From Gammaproteobacteria bacterium (lineage in GTDB: Bacteria > Pseudomonadota > Gammaproteobacteria > Acidiferrobacterales > UBA6901), in assembly GCA_016218345.1 (NCBI GenBank), contig JACREH010000026.1, positions 1 through 62,935 of the forward strand: a stretch of DNA of 62,935 bases, given 5' to 3'. The position numbers and the translations under genes are program-made. Shown one piece after another: positions 1 to 9,841 of this stretch. Position 1 is the stretch's first letter. Each line of letters opens with the position of its first letter. The notes below the pieces were generated by a model. The model saw only the letters and a list, made by a program, of their open reading frames with translations. It was not told the DNA's origin and did no database searches.

Positions 1-812
1 CCGCCGGTCTGGGGGCGTTGGCCATCGGCGTACTGTTCTGGTACGGCCGCCTGCCCTCGCCATCGGCTCCGGCGGTCAGCGCCGAGCGGCGCGCCCCCGA
101 GGCCGCGTTGCTGGCCGGTCCCGCGGTGACGACGCTTGCCGCCGGCGAGCGCGCCGCTCAGGGTATTGCCGCCCCGGTGGCACTCGATGCATTGCTGCAA
201 CAGCACGCCGCCGGCACCGATACCGACAGCGCGCTCCAGCGGCTGTTCGCGCATTGGAAGATCGCCCAGCCGGGACTGACCGGCGCCAATGCCTGCGCCC
301 GCGCCCTCCAGGCCGGGCTGCGCTGTTCGTATCGCAGCGGTACCTGGAACAATCTGCGCGGGTTCAACCGGCCGGCGATCGTCGAGCTGATCGACGCTCG
401 TGGGCATTCGCATCATGTGCTGATCGTGGGGCTCGGCGCAACCGGCGTCACCCTCGAGTTCGCCGGCCAGCGCCACGAGATTGCCCTCGGCGAAATCGAC
501 CGCCTGTGGTTCGGCGAATACATGCTGTTGTGGCGCGCGCAGTTGCTGACCCAGGGAGTCCTCAGGCAAGGCGCGCAAGGGCCGGCGGTCGCGGCGCTGC
601 GTGCCGCGCTGTCCGCCTATCGGGACGAGCCGGGTGCGGCACCGGTCGGCGACCGCTTCGACGCCGCGCTGGAGTCGCGGGTGAAGGAATTTCAGCGCGC
701 CCACCGGCTGACGCCGGATGGCGTAGTCGGCGAGCTCACCGCCTTGTACCTGAGCAGCTACGAGCGCGATGCCTCGCTGCCGCGGCTGGTGAGTGCGGAG
801 GCGCGCCGCTGA
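1..812 (+). CDS. ExeA/GspA-like protein, C-terminal part with peptidoglycan-binding domain (5' end outside window)
   Basis: Frame is open from base 3. A hydrophobic segment (AGLGALAIGVLFWYG) is followed by a C-terminal FQRAHRLTPDGVVGELT, which is PG_binding_1-like. The stop TGA 810-812 overlaps the ATG of the next gene. Confidence 0.55.
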   Translation, partial: AGLGALAIGVLFWYGRLPSPSAPAVSAERRAPEAALLAGPAVTTLAAGERAAQGIAAPVALDALLQQHAAGTDTDSALQRLFAHWKIAQPGLTGANACARALQAGLRCSYRSGTWNNLRGFNRPAIVELIDARGHSHHVLIVGLGATGVTLEFAGQRHEIALGEIDRLWFGEYMLLWRAQLLTQGVLRQGAQGPAVAALRAALSAYRDEPGAAPVGDRFDAALESRVKEFQRAHRLTPDGVVGELTALYLSSYERDASLPRLVSAEARR

Positions 813-1429
813 TGTCGTACATACTCGACGCCTTGAAAAAATCCGAACGCGAGCGCGCGGTCGGGGCCGATCAACGCCTGCCGGAAAAGCCCGCCGTGAC
901 GGCCGGAGTAGCCCTGCCCGGCCGGCTGTGGCCGCTGGCGCTCGCCTCCGGGTTGGTGGCCGGCGCGCTGGTCGCGGTGATCATGATCTGGCGCGGCGCG
1001 GCCCACGAATCGCCGGGCGAGCCGGCCCGCCGCCCACCGCTGGCCGCCGACAGCGCCACGCTGCCGCTGGCGTCGGTCGCCGAGTTGCCGCCGGTGCGCG
1101 AGGCGCAAACGCCCGCCGCCACGACCCAGCGCGCGGTTTCGCCGCCGCCGATCGCCGCGCCGACTCAAGCCGGGAGTCCGGCCGTCGCGGCAGCGGAGGC
1201 GCCGTTCCTGCGCCAGCTGGCGCCGGAGTTGCAGCGCCAATTACCGGAACTGGCGGTGACCATCCATGTGTATTCGCCGGAGGAGTCACAGCGCATCCTG
1301 TTCATCAACAACCGCGAATATCGCCGCGGCGATCAGGTCCAGGAAGGGCTGCGGGTCGAGGAGATCGTGCCGGACGGCGCGGTGCTGAGCTTCCGCGGCG
1401 AACGCTTCAAGCTGCGGCGGCCGTTTTAG
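812..1429 (+). CDS. GspB/ExeB-like general secretion pathway protein B
   Basis: The N-terminus MSYILDALKKSERER is typical of GspB. It has one TM segment (LWPLALASGLVAGALVAVIMIW) and a Pro/Ala-rich linker. The start overlaps the stop of the exeA-like gene. Confidence 0.55.
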   Translation: MSYILDALKKSERERAVGADQRLPEKPAVTAGVALPGRLWPLALASGLVAGALVAVIMIWRGAAHESPGEPARRPPLAADSATLPLASVAELPPVREAQTPAATTQRAVSPPPIAAPTQAGSPAVAAAEAPFLRQLAPELQRQLPELAVTIHVYSPEESQRILFINNREYRRGDQVQEGLRVEEIVPDGAVLSFRGERFKLRRPF

Positions 1430-1522
1430 CGGCCGGTGAGCGCCGTGTTAAGACAACGCACCGTTGGCCATCGTGTTCGCGTCCCGCGCGGGTTAGCACG
1501 GAAGTAGACGCAGCGTTAATCC

Positions 1523-2149
1523 ATGGAAAGCAGTTTGACAGTTACCGCCATTGCGGCACTTTTTGGAGTCATGGTTGTCGGCGCGTCGATTCCGAGCGTC
1601 AGTGTATTGGCGGTATCCGCCAGATCGGCCGCTTTCGGATTCGCCCACGGGGTCCTTACATCCCTGGGTATCGTGGTTGGCGACCTGATATTCATTCTAA
1701 CGGCCATTTACGGATTATCGGTTCTTGCCGGCCTGCTGGGCAGTCAGTTTGTGCTGATAAAATACCTTGGAGCCGCTTATCTTATCGGGCTGGGAGTACT
1801 GCTGTGGCGGTCGAAGGCAAAGGCCGAGGCGGTTGCGACGAAGCGCGAGTCGTCGTTGCTGGCGAGTTTCCTGACCGGGCTACTTATTACACTAGGCGAT
1901 CAGAAAGCCATCCTGTTTTATCTCGGCTTTCTTCCGGCATTCGTGGATTTGTCGACGCTGTCGTTTTTGGACGCCGGCATTATTGTCGGTAGCGCTGCGA
2001 TAGCGGTCGGCGGACCAAAGCTTGCCTACGCCTTCCTGGCCGGACGCGCCATGTCGATCCTTGAAAGCCCCAGGATAACAACGGCGTTAAACATCGTCGC
2101 GGGCGGTGTACTGGTGGGCGTCGGCGTGGTGTTGATGGCACAGGCGTAA
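1523..2149 (+). CDS. LysE/RhtB family amino-acid exporter
   Basis: 208-aa polytopic membrane protein with a LysE-like layout (ITLGDQKAILFYLGFLP). Confidence 0.75.
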   Translation: MESSLTVTAIAALFGVMVVGASIPSVSVLAVSARSAAFGFAHGVLTSLGIVVGDLIFILTAIYGLSVLAGLLGSQFVLIKYLGAAYLIGLGVLLWRSKAKAEAVATKRESSLLASFLTGLLITLGDQKAILFYLGFLPAFVDLSTLSFLDAGIIVGSAAIAVGGPKLAYAFLAGRAMSILESPRITTALNIVAGGVLVGVGVVLMAQA

Positions 2150-2201
2150 CAAGCGCGGAGTGTGCGCGCTGGAATGAAGTCGGGGTTGGCGCGGGCGGGG
2201 T

Positions 2202-3638
2202 TCAGCCGGATGGTTTCAGCGGCTTGATTGGGCGGGCACCTTCCAGCAGTTCGGCGCGCTCCTTGGCGTTCAGCACCAACTCCGGCAAATCGAACGACTT
2301 CTCGAACAAAAAGCCGCAGCCGCAACGCGGGGTTTCGGGCGGGTGCATGGCTGAACAATACGGACATTGATTTGAGCCGGCAGACTTGCTTGCCTTAACC
2401 GCCTGAACGATCTTCTCGGCCTTGGCGGCTTGCGCGCTGCGAAACACCGCGCTCGGGCGGTCGCTGATGAAAGGCTCGGGCGGTGCGATCTCCTGCGTCG
2501 GCGGCGATGGTGCCGGGCCGGACGGCGCGCGGGTCAGAACCTGAGTATTCACGGCATGCTGGCTACGTTTATTGCGCTGGGTCTTGGCGGTACGCGTGTG
2601 ATGGGCGCGCATTTGCGGGCGCGTGTCGGCCGGGACCGCCGGTTTTTTCGGGCTTGCCGGCGTATCGGCATGGGTCGTAGCCTCCGGCTTCGGGGGTTTG
2701 GCCGTGACCGGCGCGGCGGGGTTCGTCATCCGCGCCGTTTCATCCGGAGGCGGCGTGATACCGGCTCCGACCACGCCATGGCGTGTCGCCATTTCCGTGG
2801 CGCGCGATCTGACGGCCTTGGCGGCGCGCTCCAATTCTTCTTCCGGCGACAAGCCGGGGGATAACGCTGTGACGGGAGCGACCGGATCGGCGGCTTTGGA
2901 AATCGAAACGCTGACGGTGTTATTCGGCGACGGCCGATGGTCGCCGGCGCGCTTCGTCGCCGGCGGCGCCGGCAGCAACAGCGGAACGGCCTTCGCCACC
3001 GGTTCGGGGACAACGTTGCGCTTGCTGCCCATCAGGATCTCTTCCAGCTTGGCGGTATAGGCGTTGACGTCGTGGGTATTCGCCGGCGGCGGATCCGCAA
3101 CGACCGGCGGTTCCGGCGGGACGGCCGGTGCGAGGACGACCGGAGAGGCTGCGACCCGGGGTTTGGCGGCGGCCTTGGCGGTAGCCACGACCGGGGTCGG
3201 CTCCAGCGGTTTCTGTTCCGGGGATTTGTGGGCGTGCGGTTTGAGCACGTGTACCTTGCGGAAGCCGGTTTTAACGGCCTCGATGGTCGCCAGTATTTCA
3301 GCGGTCCGCAGTTTCTGCTGATTCAGTTCGGCCAGCACCGCGTCGCGGGTGGCGATCGCCTTTTCGACGTCGCTCGACTTGTCGAGATAGAGCGCGGGTT
3401 CTTCGAACAACGCGGCCTCGGCCTCGGCAGCCTCGGCCTCGGCGGCCGCGGCCATCGCCTGTTTGGCGCGCGCCGCCCAATACTCCTCGTAAAGCCGCTC
3501 CTCTTCGATAAGCGCCTCTAAGCGTGCGGCCGGGTCGACATCCTCGTTGCCGTCGAATGAGAAACCGCAGTCACAACGGGTGATATAGGTGGCGACGGTG
3601 GTGGCGCAGCGCGGACAGTCTTTATGATAAATTCCCAC
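2202..3638 (-). CDS. Hypothetical protein with N- and C-terminal zinc ribbons and a long Pro/Ala-rich middle
   Basis: N-terminal CPRC..x..CDCG and C-terminal CPYC..x..CGCG cysteine pairs, a coiled-coil-like EEERLYEEYWAARAKQ segment, and a low-complexity P/A/K core. Confidence 0.55.
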   Translation of the reverse strand: MGIYHKDCPRCATTVATYITRCDCGFSFDGNEDVDPAARLEALIEEERLYEEYWAARAKQAMAAAAEAEAAEAEAALFEEPALYLDKSSDVEKAIATRDAVLAELNQQKLRTAEILATIEAVKTGFRKVHVLKPHAHKSPEQKPLEPTPVVATAKAAAKPRVAASPVVLAPAVPPEPPVVADPPPANTHDVNAYTAKLEEILMGSKRNVVPEPVAKAVPLLLPAPPATKRAGDHRPSPNNTVSVSISKAADPVAPVTALSPGLSPEEELERAAKAVRSRATEMATRHGVVGAGITPPPDETARMTNPAAPVTAKPPKPEATTHADTPASPKKPAVPADTRPQMRAHHTRTAKTQRNKRSQHAVNTQVLTRAPSGPAPSPPTQEIAPPEPFISDRPSAVFRSAQAAKAEKIVQAVKASKSAGSNQCPYCSAMHPPETPRCGCGFLFEKSFDLPELVLNAKERAELLEGARPIKPLKPSG

Positions 3639-3669
3639 GCGTCCTTCCTTAACTCTCTACAGGTCTCGG

Positions 3670-3903
3670 CTAGGCCATCGGCACGTTGGTAGGCGTGCTC
3701 CTCGATTCAGCCGTCGTCATGCTCGCTTGCCGGGCGCGTGCCGCCAGATATTCCTGGTACAGTAGCTCTTCCTCGGCGATGGCCTCCAAGTCTTGCGCCT
3801 CGGCTTGCTCGGTGTCGCGGAACGAAAATCCGCAGGCGCAGCGGCGAACGTAGGTGGCGACGGCGGCGGCGCACTGCGGACAGTCTTTGTGATAAATTGC
3901 CAT
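3670..3903 (-). CDS. Small zinc-ribbon protein, paralog of the N-terminus of the downstream 478-aa protein
   Basis: MAIYHKDCPQCAAAVATYVRRCACGFSF compares with MGIYHKDCPRCATTVATYITRCDCGFSF; both are followed by an EE..LY.EY.AARA.QA segment. Confidence 0.5.
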   Translation of the reverse strand: MAIYHKDCPQCAAAVATYVRRCACGFSFRDTEQAEAQDLEAIAEEELLYQEYLAARARQASMTTAESRSTPTNVPMA

Positions 3904-4136
3904 GCGTTTCTCCTGGGGTTGTCGTGCGGTGGTCGTAATTACTGCTTCGCTAGGAAGACTATGGCATGCGTGGCCGCCTTCCGTGACCGTTAGCAGACCA
4001 TGCGACCCAACCGGCAGATGAGTGGCGCGGTACCGGGCGCACCTTTAGTGGCGAGGGTGGTCGAATATTAATCGTAATAAATAACAATGAGTTATATATT
4101 ATCCTTCCAGTAACTTATAAGATCGCTTTTCCACCC

Positions 4137-5048
4137 ATGCAGATTTCCCTGTCCTTGGTCGGCGCTGGCACCAGGCCCGTCGCGCGTTGGCTGGCACTGC
4201 TGGCCGGGGCCGTGCTGCTCGCCGGCCAGCCGGCGAGCGGCGCGCCCACCAGCGGTTTTTTCAGGACCAGCGACGGGGTGCGCCTGCACTATCTAATGGA
4301 AGGCCAGGGGCCGACCGTGGTGTTCGTGCCGGGCTGGACCATGCCGGCCGAGATCTGGGCGCCGCAAATCGCGCATTTTGCCGGCCGCTACCGGGTAGTG
4401 GCCCTGGACCCGCGCTCCCAGGGGCGATCCGAGATCGCCAAGTCCGGCCATGAGGCCGCCCGGCGCGCCCGGGATATTCATGAATTGCTGGACGCCATCC
4501 AGGCCGAGCGTGCGGTGCTGGTCGGCTGGTCGCTCGGGGTGCTGGAGGCGCTTGCCTATGTCGATCAATTCGGCAGCGACCGGCTGAACGCCCTGGTGCT
4601 GGTCGATAATTCCATCGGCGAGGAGCCGCCGCCCGCGTCCGACCCGACCTTCCTGACGCGGCTGCGCAAGGATCGGCCGGCCACGGTCGAGCGCTTCGTG
4701 CGCAATATGTACAAGACCCCGCAAGCCGAGGCGTATTATCAACGTCTCACCGCCGCCGCGCTCGCCACCCCGCTCGAGGCCAGTATCGCGCTGTTGAGCT
4801 ATCGCCAGTCGCGCGAGTTCTGGCGGCAAACGGTGCGCCGCGTGCCGGTACCGATCCTGTATGCGGTTACGCCGCGGTTCCAGGAACAGGCGCAGAATTT
4901 CAAGAAGCACAAACCGGATGCCTGGATCGAGGTGTTCGAGGGCGCCGGTCACGCGTTGTTCGTCGATCAGGCGGCGCGCTTCAACGTCTTGCTGGATGAT
5001 TTTATCGCCAGCCAGGCGCCGCCGGCCGCCGTGTCGGCGGAGCAGTGA
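4137..5048 (+). CDS. Alpha/beta hydrolase with signal peptide
   Basis: HG-type oxyanion region (VVFVPGWTM), nucleophile elbow GWSLG, and a C-terminal GAGHALF histidine motif. Confidence 0.8.
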   Translation: MQISLSLVGAGTRPVARWLALLAGAVLLAGQPASGAPTSGFFRTSDGVRLHYLMEGQGPTVVFVPGWTMPAEIWAPQIAHFAGRYRVVALDPRSQGRSEIAKSGHEAARRARDIHELLDAIQAERAVLVGWSLGVLEALAYVDQFGSDRLNALVLVDNSIGEEPPPASDPTFLTRLRKDRPATVERFVRNMYKTPQAEAYYQRLTAAALATPLEASIALLSYRQSREFWRQTVRRVPVPILYAVTPRFQEQAQNFKKHKPDAWIEVFEGAGHALFVDQAARFNVLLDDFIASQAPPAAVSAEQ

Positions 5049-7507
5049 TGGTCGAGCGGTTACCGCAGGCCCGACTGGCGCCGTTGTTTCTGGTGTCGCT
5101 CGCCGCGATCGCTTTCGAGATCCTGCTGACGCGCTATTTCGCCATCGCCAACTGGTCGGAATACGGCTACTGGGTGATCTCCATCACCATGGTCGGATTT
5201 TCGGTGAGCGGCGTGGTATTGAGCCTGTGCAAGGATTGGTTCGTGCGCCGATCCGGCGGATTGTTGTTCATCACGCCGCTGTTGTTGATGGTCTTCGCCT
5301 GTGCCGGTTATTACCTCGTCACCGTCAACCCATTCAATCCTCTGGAATTCCAGAACCGCGATCTGTGGCTCGATCAACTGCTGAATATCTGGAAGTACTA
5401 CGCGGCGCTGTTTCCGTTCTTTTTTCTGGCCGGTCTGTATGTCGGCCTGTATTTCGTCGCCTTTCAGGAACAGATCCCGCGCAGCTATGCCGCCGATCTG
5501 ACCGGCGCCGGCGCCGGCGCGCTGCTGATCCTGGCGCTGATGTTCTGGCTGCACCCGTTCGATTTGTTGGCGGCGGTGTTTCCGTTCCTGGTGTTGGCGA
5601 CGCTGATGCAACTGCCGGATGCCCTGCGGCACCGGCGCGTGCCCGTTTATGCCGCGGCGCTGGCGCTGTTGGCAGCGTGCGAATTGATTACGTTCGGTTT
5701 CATTCGCGCCGACTTCAACGAGTACAAGGCGATTTACCCGCCGCTGCATGTCGACGGCAATCGCATCGTCGATGAAATCCGTTCGCCGCGCGGCTATTTT
5801 CTGGTGCTCGATAATTTCACCGAGCGCCTCGACATCGATCTATCCAACAATTTTTCGGTGTTGGGCGCGGCCGGCCCGCCGGCCACGTACGGGCTGTATA
5901 CCGACGGCAACCGAATTACTTCGCTTCCCAAGAAGCTGGATTACGACGTTTCCTATGTCACGGCGGCGCTCGATACCTTTCCGTTCGAGTTGAAACCCGC
6001 GCCCCGGAGTCTGCTGATCGGCACGCGCGGCGGTTTCCGCATCCGCGAAGTGTTGGGTCTGGGGGCCGCCAAGGTTACCGCACTCGAGCCCGACCCCAGC
6101 GTGTTCCGGCTTATCCAGGACGGTGCGGAACCGGCGCTGCGCGATCCGCGCGTGACGCTGACTCGCGATTCCCCGGCGCTGCTCGCCACCTGGGCGGCCG
6201 GCGGCTACGACATCGTCGATATCGCCTCGGATTTTCTCAGCCAGGCCGACGCCAACAAATTCGCCTTCACCCGCGAGGCGGTGCGGGCGTATCTGCACGT
6301 GCTGAAAGACGACGGCGTGGCGTCGATCCAGGTATCGATGCGCGAATTCACCGTCTACACCGTCAAGATGCTCGAGACCGTGCGCCAGGCGCTGATCGAG
6401 CACGGTGTCCGCGATCCGGCGCGGCACGTGATCGTGTATCGCTCCAGCTGGAACGCCCGCATCCTGGTTTCCAAGCGGCCGTTCAGCCCCGAGCAGGTCC
6501 AGACCCTGCGCGAGTTCTGCGAGCGGCGCTCGTTCGACACCTCGTATTATCCCGGCATCGACCCGGCTAGGGTGGCGGTGTGGAACGACCTGCCGCTGGT
6601 GTCGTTCGAACACGAGACGATCCTGTCCGGTACCGACCGCGCCAATGACGCACTGAGCGACGAGGCGTTGCGAATCTTTGCCGAGGACAATCTCGAATTC
6701 GTCAACGGGCATTTCTTCAATCTCGCCCCCTCGACATATGACCGGCCGTTCTTCTATTCGGTGTTGCATCTCTCGCAGCTCGGCGGCATTCTCAAAAAGA
6801 TCGCGCTGATCCCGCGCGAGGAGATCGGTTATCTCATCAATCTGGCGGTCTTGGCACAGGCGCTGGTGCTGGCGGCGGTGGTGCTCGGCCTGCCGCTGGT
6901 CGGCCGACGGGCCGGAAAACCCGGCGCCGGCGTGCTGGTCGAAACGGTGTTTTACTTCGCCGGCCTCGGCCTGGGTTTTCTGTTTCTGGAGATTTACCTG
7001 ATCGAGAAGGTTTCGTTTTACCTCAACGATCGCACCTACGCCTTCGCCGCGGTATTGTCGGCGATGTTGATGTTCTCCGGGTTCGGGAGTTTTTATGCCG
7101 GGCGATACCTGGAACGGCCGCGACGCGGCATTGCCGTGGCGTGCAGCGCGGCGCTGGTCTGGATCGTGCTCGCCTACCTGTTCCTGGACGAGGCCTTGCT
7201 CGCCACCCTGGGCCTGTCGTTCGCGCTGAAATGCATGCTGACCGCGCTGATTATCGCGCCGCTGGCGTTCGCGCTGGGCATTCCGTTCCCGCTCGGGTTG
7301 TATCAGTTTCGCGGCACGCGCAGCAATTTCCTGCCCTGGGCATGGAGTCTGAACGGCGCGTTCTCGGTGATCTCCACGCCGCTGGCCAACTTGCTCGCGG
7401 TGGCGGCCGGCTATAAAATGGTGCTGGTACTCTCGTTGCTGTTGTATGTCATCGTGTTCCTGGCGTTCCCCCCGGCACAGGATTCCAATCAACCCAACCC
7501 GCGGTAA
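5048..7507 (+). CDS. Polytopic membrane protein with central spermidine-synthase-like (class I MTase fold) domain
   Basis: Multiple N- and C-terminal TM helices flank a soluble domain (LLIGTRGGFRIREVLGLGAAKVTALEPDP..DIVDI). The ATG overlaps the hydrolase stop (TGATG). Confidence 0.65.
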   Translation: MVERLPQARLAPLFLVSLAAIAFEILLTRYFAIANWSEYGYWVISITMVGFSVSGVVLSLCKDWFVRRSGGLLFITPLLLMVFACAGYYLVTVNPFNPLEFQNRDLWLDQLLNIWKYYAALFPFFFLAGLYVGLYFVAFQEQIPRSYAADLTGAGAGALLILALMFWLHPFDLLAAVFPFLVLATLMQLPDALRHRRVPVYAAALALLAACELITFGFIRADFNEYKAIYPPLHVDGNRIVDEIRSPRGYFLVLDNFTERLDIDLSNNFSVLGAAGPPATYGLYTDGNRITSLPKKLDYDVSYVTAALDTFPFELKPAPRSLLIGTRGGFRIREVLGLGAAKVTALEPDPSVFRLIQDGAEPALRDPRVTLTRDSPALLATWAAGGYDIVDIASDFLSQADANKFAFTREAVRAYLHVLKDDGVASIQVSMREFTVYTVKMLETVRQALIEHGVRDPARHVIVYRSSWNARILVSKRPFSPEQVQTLREFCERRSFDTSYYPGIDPARVAVWNDLPLVSFEHETILSGTDRANDALSDEALRIFAEDNLEFVNGHFFNLAPSTYDRPFFYSVLHLSQLGGILKKIALIPREEIGYLINLAVLAQALVLAAVVLGLPLVGRRAGKPGAGVLVETVFYFAGLGLGFLFLEIYLIEKVSFYLNDRTYAFAAVLSAMLMFSGFGSFYAGRYLERPRRGIAVACSAALVWIVLAYLFLDEALLATLGLSFALKCMLTALIIAPLAFALGIPFPLGLYQFRGTRSNFLPWAWSLNGAFSVISTPLANLLAVAAGYKMVLVLSLLLYVIVFLAFPPAQDSNQPNPR

Positions 7508-7519
7508 TTCGGAGTGAGC

Positions 7520-8377
7520 ATGTGTAAGGCAAAGATAGCGATGGGCGTCGCGCTGTGCGCCAGCCTGGCGGCGTCTGCCCAGGCCTACGGCGCGGACCAA
7601 CCGGCGGCGACGGCCTGGAATTACCAGCGTTATACCGCGGCCATGCAGGAAAGCGGGCGCAAGGTCAATATCGACGAAAAGACCTTCGCCGTGTTGCAGG
7701 AGCGCAAAAAATCGGCGCTTAAGAACATCGAGGCGTATCTCCGACAGCGTCTGGGTAGCGCCGATCCGGCCGTGCTCAAGGCGTTCGAGGAGCTACCGCG
7801 CGAATATTTCCATCACGATTACAAGAGCAACGTCTCCACGGCATCGCAGGCCTACGAGGAGATCGCCAAGCCCTGGGCCATCGGTTACGGTTCGGCGCTC
7901 TCCGACTATCTCGGTCAGGCCTACATGACGCAACTCGCCAAACCGGCGCCGGATAACGTGGTGCTCGAGATCGGCACCGGTAGCGGTTTTCAGATTTCGC
8001 TGTTATCGCGCATCGTCAAGAAGGCCTATTCGATCGAAATCATCGAGCCGCTCGGCACCGCGGTCGCCAGGATATTCAAACCGCTCGGCTACACCAATAT
8101 CGAAACCCGCGTAGGCGACGGTTTCTTCGGTTGGCCGGAGGTCAAGGGCGGGTTCGACATCATCATCGTCACCTGCGCCGCGCAGTACGTGCCGCCGGCG
8201 CTGTTCGAGCAGCTCAAACCCGGCGGGCGCCTGGTGATCCCGATCGGCCAGCCGTTCAAGAAGGGCCAGGTGCTGTATCTGTACACCAAGGACGAGAACG
8301 GCAAGATCCACTCGCGCAAGGACGTCGGCGTCTATTTCATCCCGATGACCGGCGAGGCGCAGAAGCAGGTTCAATAG
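7520..8377 (+). CDS. pcm: Protein-L-isoaspartate O-methyltransferase family protein with signal peptide
   Basis: VLEIGTGSGFQISLLS motif I, DGFFGWPEVKGGFDIIIVTCAA and GGRLVIPIG are PCMT hallmarks. The N-terminal signal ends in ASAQAYG. GGAG lies 5 nt upstream of ATG 7520; GTG 7514 is an alternative start. Confidence 0.75.
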   Translation: MCKAKIAMGVALCASLAASAQAYGADQPAATAWNYQRYTAAMQESGRKVNIDEKTFAVLQERKKSALKNIEAYLRQRLGSADPAVLKAFEELPREYFHHDYKSNVSTASQAYEEIAKPWAIGYGSALSDYLGQAYMTQLAKPAPDNVVLEIGTGSGFQISLLSRIVKKAYSIEIIEPLGTAVARIFKPLGYTNIETRVGDGFFGWPEVKGGFDIIIVTCAAQYVPPALFEQLKPGGRLVIPIGQPFKKGQVLYLYTKDENGKIHSRKDVGVYFIPMTGEAQKQVQ

Positions 8378-8400
8378 CGGTTCGCGGCCCGCCGCCGACC

Positions 8401-9243
8401 ATGGCCACCGATCCCGACGCACGCCGTTCGGCCGTCATCGCCACCTTTGACCGGGTTGCGGCCGGGTACGACGATGAGGCGTTGCGGTTCTTCGCGTTTG
8501 CCGCCGACCGCCTGCTGGTGCACCTCAACCCAGCGCCAGGCAATAAAATCCTCGATATCGCCGCCGGCACCGGGGCGGTGACGCTGGCCGCCGCCCAGGC
8601 GGTCGGCCCGGGCGGCCGGGTGGCGGCCGTCGACATTTCCCAGGCGATGCTCGCGCGTCTCGAAGCCAAAATGCGGGCGCTGCGTCTCGAAAATATCGAC
8701 ATCCATGTCATGGACGCGGGCGCGCTCGAATTCCGGCGCGGCTATTTCGATCACGCGGTGTGTGCGTTCGGCCTGTTCTTCCTGCCCGATATGGCGGCGG
8801 TGCTGCGCGACTGGGTGCGGGTGCTCAAGCCCGGCGGTACGCTGGCGTTCAGCGCCTTCGGCGTGGGAGCGTTTCAGCCGCCGATGAAATTATTCTTCGA
8901 GGCGCTGGCGCGCCACGGCATCGGGCCGGAGGGTAACGCCCCGGTTACCGCGGCCCAGCGGTTGTACGATCCGGCGTATTGTCGCGCGTTATTGAGCGAT
9001 GCCGGATTGACGGAGGTCGCCGTTCATACCGAACAGCTCGGCTATCACCTGAAAGACGGTCGGGAGTGGTGGACGGTGGTGTGGAACAGTGCGCTGCGCG
9101 GCTGGGTGGAGCGCCTGCCGGCCGAGGCGCGCGCGGAATTCCAGCGCACCCATGTGGCCGAGGTCGATGCGCTCAAGACCGCGAATGGTTTGTGGCTGAA
9201 CGTCGAAGCCCACTTCGCCCTGGGACGCAAACCGCCGTCATAA
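8401..9243 (+). CDS. Class I SAM-dependent methyltransferase
   Basis: ILDIAAGTGAVTLAAA motif I, VAAVDIS, and AFGLFFLPD. Confidence 0.8.
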   Translation: MATDPDARRSAVIATFDRVAAGYDDEALRFFAFAADRLLVHLNPAPGNKILDIAAGTGAVTLAAAQAVGPGGRVAAVDISQAMLARLEAKMRALRLENIDIHVMDAGALEFRRGYFDHAVCAFGLFFLPDMAAVLRDWVRVLKPGGTLAFSAFGVGAFQPPMKLFFEALARHGIGPEGNAPVTAAQRLYDPAYCRALLSDAGLTEVAVHTEQLGYHLKDGREWWTVVWNSALRGWVERLPAEARAEFQRTHVAEVDALKTANGLWLNVEAHFALGRKPPS

Positions 9244-9498
9244 CAGCCGGCGGTAATGTTTCAGACGCCAGCTGAACACCCGTCGCTGGTCGCGCCACGG
9301 ATCGGCCCAGGCGAGACCCGGTTGCACGAGCGCCCGGCAGATCGCCAACAGGCCGTCGACGTCGGCGAGGTGCACGAACTCCGGCGCCTGGCCGCGCGCT
9401 GCGCGACAATCCGGCCCGCCCTCGAAGCCTTCGCTATGGTAATTCCCCAGCGGCACCGACAGTCCGATTTGATGCAGGTCAAGGCGTGGCTGGCGCAT
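9238..9498 (-). CDS. Hypothetical protein (weak call)
   Basis: ORF begins MRQPRLDL. GC3 is high in both this frame and the opposite-strand frame, so the strand cannot be decided from the sequence alone. Confidence 0.25.
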   Translation of the reverse strand: MRQPRLDLHQIGLSVPLGNYHSEGFEGGPDCRAARGQAPEFVHLADVDGLLAICRALVQPGLAWADPWRDQRRVFSWRLKHYRRLL

Positions 9499-9544
9499 GT
9501 GCAGTATTTTCTGCTTAAGTTGGATGGATGAGAGGAGGTGCGTT

Positions 9545-9739
9545 ATGACACTGCTCAATATTCTGATCTTGGCCGCCTTGTTGGTGACGGTTGCGGCGCT
9601 GGCCGGCGGAATTGTTTCCATGGCCCATGGCGGCGAGTACGACCGGCGCCACAGTTATCAGTTCATGTTCGCCCGCGTGGGTTTCCAGGGACTGACGCTG
9701 GTGCTGCTCGTTCTCGCGCTGCTGGTCGCATTGCGCTGA
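9545..9739 (+). CDS. Twin transmembrane helix small protein (HIG1-like)
   Basis: 64 aa with two TM helices separated by HGGEYDRRHSYQFMFARV. Confidence 0.6.
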   Translation: MTLLNILILAALLVTVAALAGGIVSMAHGGEYDRRHSYQFMFARVGFQGLTLVLLVLALLVALR

Positions 9740-9841
9740 CCCGGCGGTCACTGTGACCCGGCCCTTTCTGCCGGGGTCGGTTGTTTTTTGTTTTGCGGGC
9801 TGATAGGGTTCGCGGCCGCTGCCGGCAAATCTTTCCCCCCC

